Assembly (NCBI GenBank): GCA_038212275.1 | Contig: JBBQUR010000009.1 | Coordinates: 1-64,000 of the forward strand | Source of the DNA: Planctomycetota bacterium | Lineage (GTDB): Bacteria; Planctomycetota; B15-G4 | Length of the DNA: 64,000 bases | Reading direction: 5' to 3' | Shown: one piece after another, positions 58,801 through 64,000 of the stretch | How positions within the stretch are numbered: position 1 is the first letter of the stretch | Layout of the letters: each line of letters opens with the position of its first letter | Translations under genes and position numbers: made by a program | Notes under the pieces: model-generated | What the model was told of the DNA's origin: nothing | The model's input: the letters and a program-made list of their open reading frames with translations, nothing else | Databases searched by the model: none

Positions 58801-59990
58801 TGCTGCTCGACGTGCGCCGCATGAGCGGCGAGCTGGCTGCCGAGCTGAGCCTCGACGGCCCGCTCGGCGCGCCGCATGCCAGCGGTTCCATCGACGTGCG
58901 TGACGGCGAATTGCGCCTGCAGGGCGCGCTGCCCGCTCTCGATGCGCTGGAGGCGCGGCTCGAATGGGCCGACGGCCGCATCGTGATCCGCACCTTCACC
59001 GGCGAACTGGGCAGCTCGCCGTTCACGCTCACGGGCGAGGGTTGGCTGAGTGCCGACGGCCCGCAGCTCGACCTCGCGCTGAGCGGCGAGGACCTGCTGT
59101 TCTATCGCGCCGACGGCGTGACCGTGCGCGCCGACAGCAAGCTCACGGTGCGCGGCGTGCCCTCCGCGCTGGCCGTCAAGGGCTCGCTCGCGCTGCGCAA
59201 CAGCGGCGTCGTGTCCAGTGTCAACCTGCTGCACTTCGCGCAGGGAGGCAATGCCGGGCCAGGCCGCGGCCTGCGCCTGTTCAGCTTCCGCGAGCCGCCG
59301 CTCTCGGGTCTCGTCTTCGACGTGCGCATCATCACCGCCGAGCCCTTCCTCGTGCGCAACAACGTCGTGCGCGGAACGCTGCGCCCCGACCTGCGGCTCA
59401 CCGGCACCGGCGTCGCGCCGATTCTCGACGGCACGCTGGCGGTCGAGGGCGCGCGTGTCATCCTGCCCGCCGGCGGCGTGAACCTGGACTCGGGGCGCGT
59501 GCTGTTCAGCGCGGCGGATCCGCTCGTGCCGCAGCTCGATCTCACCGCGTCCGCGCGGCGTCGCGGCTACGACATCTCGGTGCGCATCAGCGGTCCGTAC
59601 GACCAGCCGGTGGTGTCGCTCAGCTCCGTGCCACCGTTGGCGTCCGACAAGATCCTGCTGCTGCTGCTCACGGGGCAGGCGCCGGGGCGCGACGAAGCGG
59701 GGCCGGCGGGAAGCGACACGACGACGCACGTCGTCTCCGTGTACCTCGGGCAGGACCTGCTCGCGCGCTGGCTGGGCGACTCGCCGCTCGGCGAAGACGG
59801 CCTGCTCGACCGGCTCGACGTGGATGTCGTGAAGGACCTCTCGCGCAACAACGCCGAGCTGCTGCAGGTGAGCTACCGGCTCTCCAAGGTTCCGAAACAC
59901 GGCGGCACCGTGACCTTCCTGCGCGCCGAGAAAGACCTCTACGGCCGCATCAACTTCGGCGTGCAATTCCTCTTCCGGATCGAAGGGTGA
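55884..59990 (+). CDS. tamB: TamB-like translocation/assembly module inner-membrane-anchored protein
   Basis: N-terminal TM, long beta-rich body, C-terminal DUF490-like region (LRLTGT...P.LDG...PQLDLTAS...ISGPYDQP...LSSVPPL); directly upstream of an Omp85 gene. Confidence 0.8.
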   Translation: MSESQPPLPPERAPTEAASPELRPPRRGSLLRRTLGLLLLVLVLAVAAVLTFADRLLLPWLLPVAQAEARAHGLQLEVARLAGSLTSTIVLQDVRVTTRDPSLPAAELLVPELELHWSPWRALIGAAEPLHGLHLHGGTLHLDLTRDGDADAPGAAWEAGTLARLGQQLDLLPALSVDDLRVDLRAPSGGLLDAPELVARATLFVDGRRVELRDGRVDGDGPEGRLPEGLQLLAPLRLDLSRLDRDELPFELEVAAGGGVLSAQGSVKGDTLASDVTAQGVALEAVWRAVQGAGGEPSPLSGPLLLEGELRVPLGAGVALPGAVSADAEPVPQATATAHVTLGAFRAWGLSLDGATGALSWRDGALHAEDVQLTQHGNRVLVEQADLPAGADWQALALQLNVAIDDVPALLASLRAAELLPDLPESHAWELARQFGAQVVARAHSLTLHAALRDGTASVTDAVFRTAGGSLSVPRASLDLSAPDLAAAAMGVRLDAEFTDLAPLGALLGERLFPGARSAQWAGALTAHLDLAGSIAQPVAQLQVDGRELLVAGWPLGVVTLKASADARELTVAAFDVEAGASHVSAQGALDLASLGLRGVRVQVNVPDLAAALPDSGVRGALDARGELDGPLVLPLGSLELHVSKLFAHGVAVDDLQLAATRTPGVLGVQRALLQAPWGTLEAAGSLNFDEADDGSFDAWPDRLTSLSLDRLVLSRGTLDLSLAEPATLRRVTGAARADEAGPGLGVWSGGPLQFAGSAGVLHATLLAAPSATGVGTLQRVQLVAERLQPLLPLPADSSVETFDGDLDVVFGAEELAVSGTLRGLGLALALGPGAVGAEQGGADEVAPGAAAAGAGRADSRVGVRGDVTAWLRVTGTLSAPRGEVEISGRRVVVTAPGRLAAEGFGPCTLDAHVTLDEQLVIDWLHVDSPHQVHLDAHGTMERPSGDLAQLAQTPVHMTVSVSAGELDRLSQLLLDVRRMSGELAAELSLDGPLGAPHASGSIDVRDGELRLQGALPALDALEARLEWADGRIVIRTFTGELGSSPFTLTGEGWLSADGPQLDLALSGEDLLFYRADGVTVRADSKLTVRGVPSALAVKGSLALRNSGVVSSVNLLHFAQGGNAGPGRGLRLFSFREPPLSGLVFDVRIITAEPFLVRNNVVRGTLRPDLRLTGTGVAPILDGTLAVEGARVILPAGGVNLDSGRVLFSAADPLVPQLDLTASARRRGYDISVRISGPYDQPVVSLSSVPPLASDKILLLLLTGQAPGRDEAGPAGSDTTTHVVSVYLGQDLLARWLGDSPLGEDGLLDRLDVDVVKDLSRNNAELLQVSYRLSKVPKHGGTVTFLRAEKDLYGRINFGVQFLFRIEG

Positions 59991-62218
59991 GGTCGCGACT
60001 GCACGCCCCGCCGCCGGACAAGTCGCGCCTGTTCGCGTCGCGCGTGCTGCTGGCGTTGCTGCTGGCGCTGGTCGTGGTTGCCCCGCTGGCAGCGCAGACG
60101 GCCGAGACGCTGCTGCCCGTGTCGTCCGACGAGGTCCGCGCGGCCGAGCAGGCCGATGATGCGGTGGCCGATGCGGCGGCGGATGCGGCCGTCGATGCGA
60201 CGGCGGCGGCGGCCGCGGCAGGCGCCGCGCAGCCGGCGTCGTCCGCCTCCGCACCGCAGGCGCACGTCGTGTTCGTCGGTGGGGCCGGCGTGCCCGAGTC
60301 GCTGCGGCTGCGCGCGATGGCGGACAGCATGGAGGATCTGGCCGGCGGCAAGCGGCGTCGTGCCGCGGCGGATGACGCGGCCTACGCGCTGGAGCAGCTC
60401 TACCACACGCAGGGCTTCCCGTTCGTCACGGTGGAGGTGTCCTTCGGTGATGCGGAGTCGCCGGATCCTGCGGGGCCCGTCACCTTCACGCTGGTCGAGG
60501 GCCCGCGCACCGCGCTCGTCTCGGTGACGATCGAAGGCAACACAGCCTTCTCCGACGACGAGCTGCAGGAGCTCTTCCGCGACCGGGATCGCGGCCTGCT
60601 CGCCCCGGGCCTCGCGTGGTACAGCGCCGACGCGATGAGCGATGCGATCTCGACGATCTCCGCCGTGTACTGGAGCGACGGCTACCTGCAGTCCGAGGTG
60701 GACGAGCCGGTCGTGGAGTTCAGCGAGGACGGCACGCGTGCGACGGTCACGGTGACGCTGCGCGAGGGGCCTGCGTACCGGTTGCGTCGCGTGGAGTTCA
60801 CCGGCGTGCGCATCTATCCTGAGGACGCGCTTCGCGAGCAGGTGGCCGGCTTCATCGACCGCGCCTACTTTCCGCAGGTGGCCTTCGCGGCGCGTGCGCG
60901 GCTGCTGGAGTTCTACGGCGCGCGCGGCCACACCGAAGCGAGCGTGGAGTTCGAGGAGGTCCGCGACGACGAGAGCGGCGACGTCGGCCTGCTGTTTCAT
61001 GTCGAAGCCGGGCCGCGGCTGTCGGTGGCCGGCATCCGCATCGAGGGCATCGAGCGTACGAAGCCGGACTTCCTGCTGAGACGGCTCGCCTTCGAGACCG
61101 GCGACACGTGGACCACGACCGCGCAGCGTGACAGCTACGAAGCGCTGCACCGCAGCGGCCTGTTCGAGAGCATCGTCATCGAGCTGGATCCGGGCAGTGA
61201 GGACGAGCGCGAGGTGACGGTCAAGGTGGCGGAGCGCACGCCGCTCGAGGTCTACGTCGAGCCGGGCTACGGCAGCTACGAGGGGCCGCGACTGACGCTC
61301 GGCTACCGCGACCGCAACGTCGGCGGTTACGGGCGCATCTTCCACGCGGAAGGCTCGGTGTCGCCGAAGTCGCAGTCGGCGCTGGTCGGCCTGACGGATC
61401 CGTGGTTCGCCAAGGACCTCACGGCCGACGTCTCGGTCTTCGCGATCCACCGCGAAGAGCCGTCGTTCACCAGCGGTGATCTCGGCGTGGCGGCCACGCT
61501 GGACCTGCGCATCACGCCACGCTGGCAGACGCAGTTCGGCTACATCTACAGGAAGTCCACGGTCTCGAACGTGGATGCGGTCACCGCCGAGGTGAAGGAC
61601 GCCGTCGAGAACGTGGACATCTCCTCGATCAGCGTCTCGCCCATCTACGACAGCCGCGACGACGTCTTCGCGCCCACGGACGGCATGCTGTGGCGGACGA
61701 CGCTCGAGTACGGCGGCTCGGTGCTGGGCAGCGAGCTCAACTTCGTGCGCGGCGGCTACACGCACAGCGTCTTCACGCCGCTCTCCGCAGACGACGTGCT
61801 GGCGGCCTCCTTCCGCACCGGGATCATCGTGCCCGTCGGCAGCACGGACGTCATCCCGCTGCAGGAGCGCTACTTCAACGGCGGCGAGAACACGGTGCGC
61901 TCGTTCAAGGAAGACGAGCTCGGCCCGAAGGACAGCGATGGCAACCCGATCGGCGGCGAGGCCTACAGCGTCCTGTCCGCGGAACTGCGCCACAAGCTGA
62001 CGGAGTCGTTCGGCCTGGCCTTCTTCGTGGATCTCGGCAACGTGCAGGAAAACGCGAACGACTATCTCCACTTCTCCAACAGAGGCGCGGCGGTCGGCAC
62101 GGGTCTTCGCTACCTGCTGCCCATCGGCCCGGTGCGCCTGGACTTCGGCGTGAATCCCGACCCCAGGCAGGATGAGGACAGCTGGGTCGTGCAGTTCGCC
62201 GTGGGCGCCCCGTTCTGA
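59987..62218 (+). CDS. Omp85 family (TamA/BamA-like) outer membrane protein
   Basis: POTRA-like repeats; RYFNGGENTVRSF, GLRYLLPIGPVRLDFG and terminal Phe; GTGA overlap with tamB. Confidence 0.9.
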   Translation: MRSRLHAPPPDKSRLFASRVLLALLLALVVVAPLAAQTAETLLPVSSDEVRAAEQADDAVADAAADAAVDATAAAAAAGAAQPASSASAPQAHVVFVGGAGVPESLRLRAMADSMEDLAGGKRRRAAADDAAYALEQLYHTQGFPFVTVEVSFGDAESPDPAGPVTFTLVEGPRTALVSVTIEGNTAFSDDELQELFRDRDRGLLAPGLAWYSADAMSDAISTISAVYWSDGYLQSEVDEPVVEFSEDGTRATVTVTLREGPAYRLRRVEFTGVRIYPEDALREQVAGFIDRAYFPQVAFAARARLLEFYGARGHTEASVEFEEVRDDESGDVGLLFHVEAGPRLSVAGIRIEGIERTKPDFLLRRLAFETGDTWTTTAQRDSYEALHRSGLFESIVIELDPGSEDEREVTVKVAERTPLEVYVEPGYGSYEGPRLTLGYRDRNVGGYGRIFHAEGSVSPKSQSALVGLTDPWFAKDLTADVSVFAIHREEPSFTSGDLGVAATLDLRITPRWQTQFGYIYRKSTVSNVDAVTAEVKDAVENVDISSISVSPIYDSRDDVFAPTDGMLWRTTLEYGGSVLGSELNFVRGGYTHSVFTPLSADDVLAASFRTGIIVPVGSTDVIPLQERYFNGGENTVRSFKEDELGPKDSDGNPIGGEAYSVLSAELRHKLTESFGLAFFVDLGNVQENANDYLHFSNRGAAVGTGLRYLLPIGPVRLDFGVNPDPRQDEDSWVVQFAVGAPF

Positions 62219-62346
62219 TCCCGCCGCCGCGGCACGCCGGGCCGCGCCGCCCGGAGCCGCAGCACGGCACGCCGCGCGGCGCCAACCCCGATGCCGCCGC
62301 CCACGACGTGCCCATGTCAGCTTGCTGCCTGCCGTGTCCGGCGCGC

Positions 62347-62381
62347 TGTGTGATGTTGAGGCAGTGCCTCTACATCACACA
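62347..62381. repeat. Palindromic intergenic element, copy 2
   Basis: TGTGTGATGTTGAGGCA-G-TGCCTCTACATCACACA, 17-bp arms with 1 mismatch. Confidence 0.85.
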
Positions 62382-62462
62382 TCCTGCGGGGAGCGCCGCG
62401 CGGAGCAGAATGCCGGCAGGGCAAGCGCTCCGAGCGGTCAAGCTCGCCGGTCGGCGCGGGAA

Positions 62463-64000
<1,538 letters not shown>

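Overview
A GC-rich (roughly 70%) bacterial chromosomal segment, most likely from a Planctomycetota/PVC-lineage genome. That is inferred from the OmcB-like DUF11 lipoproteins, a CRTAC1/FG-GAP protein and several carboxypeptidase-regulatory-like repeat proteins. Most of it is housekeeping or envelope genes: lat, glutathione peroxidase, the gcvT-H-PA-PB glycine cleavage operon, a sulfatase, carbonic anhydrase, nnrE, NUDIX, GH2, ettA, a CPA2 antiporter, an M28 peptidase, tamB/tamA-like genes and an acyl-CoA synthetase cut by the window end. No rRNA, tRNA, CRISPR array or transposase was seen. The notable signals are: (1) a partly lower-GC island at 7.25-11.7 kb with a divergent ECF-sigma-like gene, a cytoplasmic ZAS-TPR anti-sigma-like gene and a small exported protein, followed by a duplicate in which sigma and TPR parts are fused and the zinc anti-sigma domain is missing, each copy with its own sigma70-like promoter; (2) an AhpD-like gene split in the ORF track by an in-frame TGA in a CxxU motif, followed by a SECIS-like hairpin, so probably a selenoprotein; (3) a B12-binding radical SAM enzyme with an RRE-like C-terminus next to a CobU-like protein lacking its P-loop; (4) a 168-bp MITE inserted at a stop codon; (5) two copies of a 31-35 bp palindrome between convergent genes; (6) a divergent pair of OmcB-like proteins; (7) two unrelated neighbouring genes with near-identical signal peptides. 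All family calls are from motif recognition by eye, and no searches were run.
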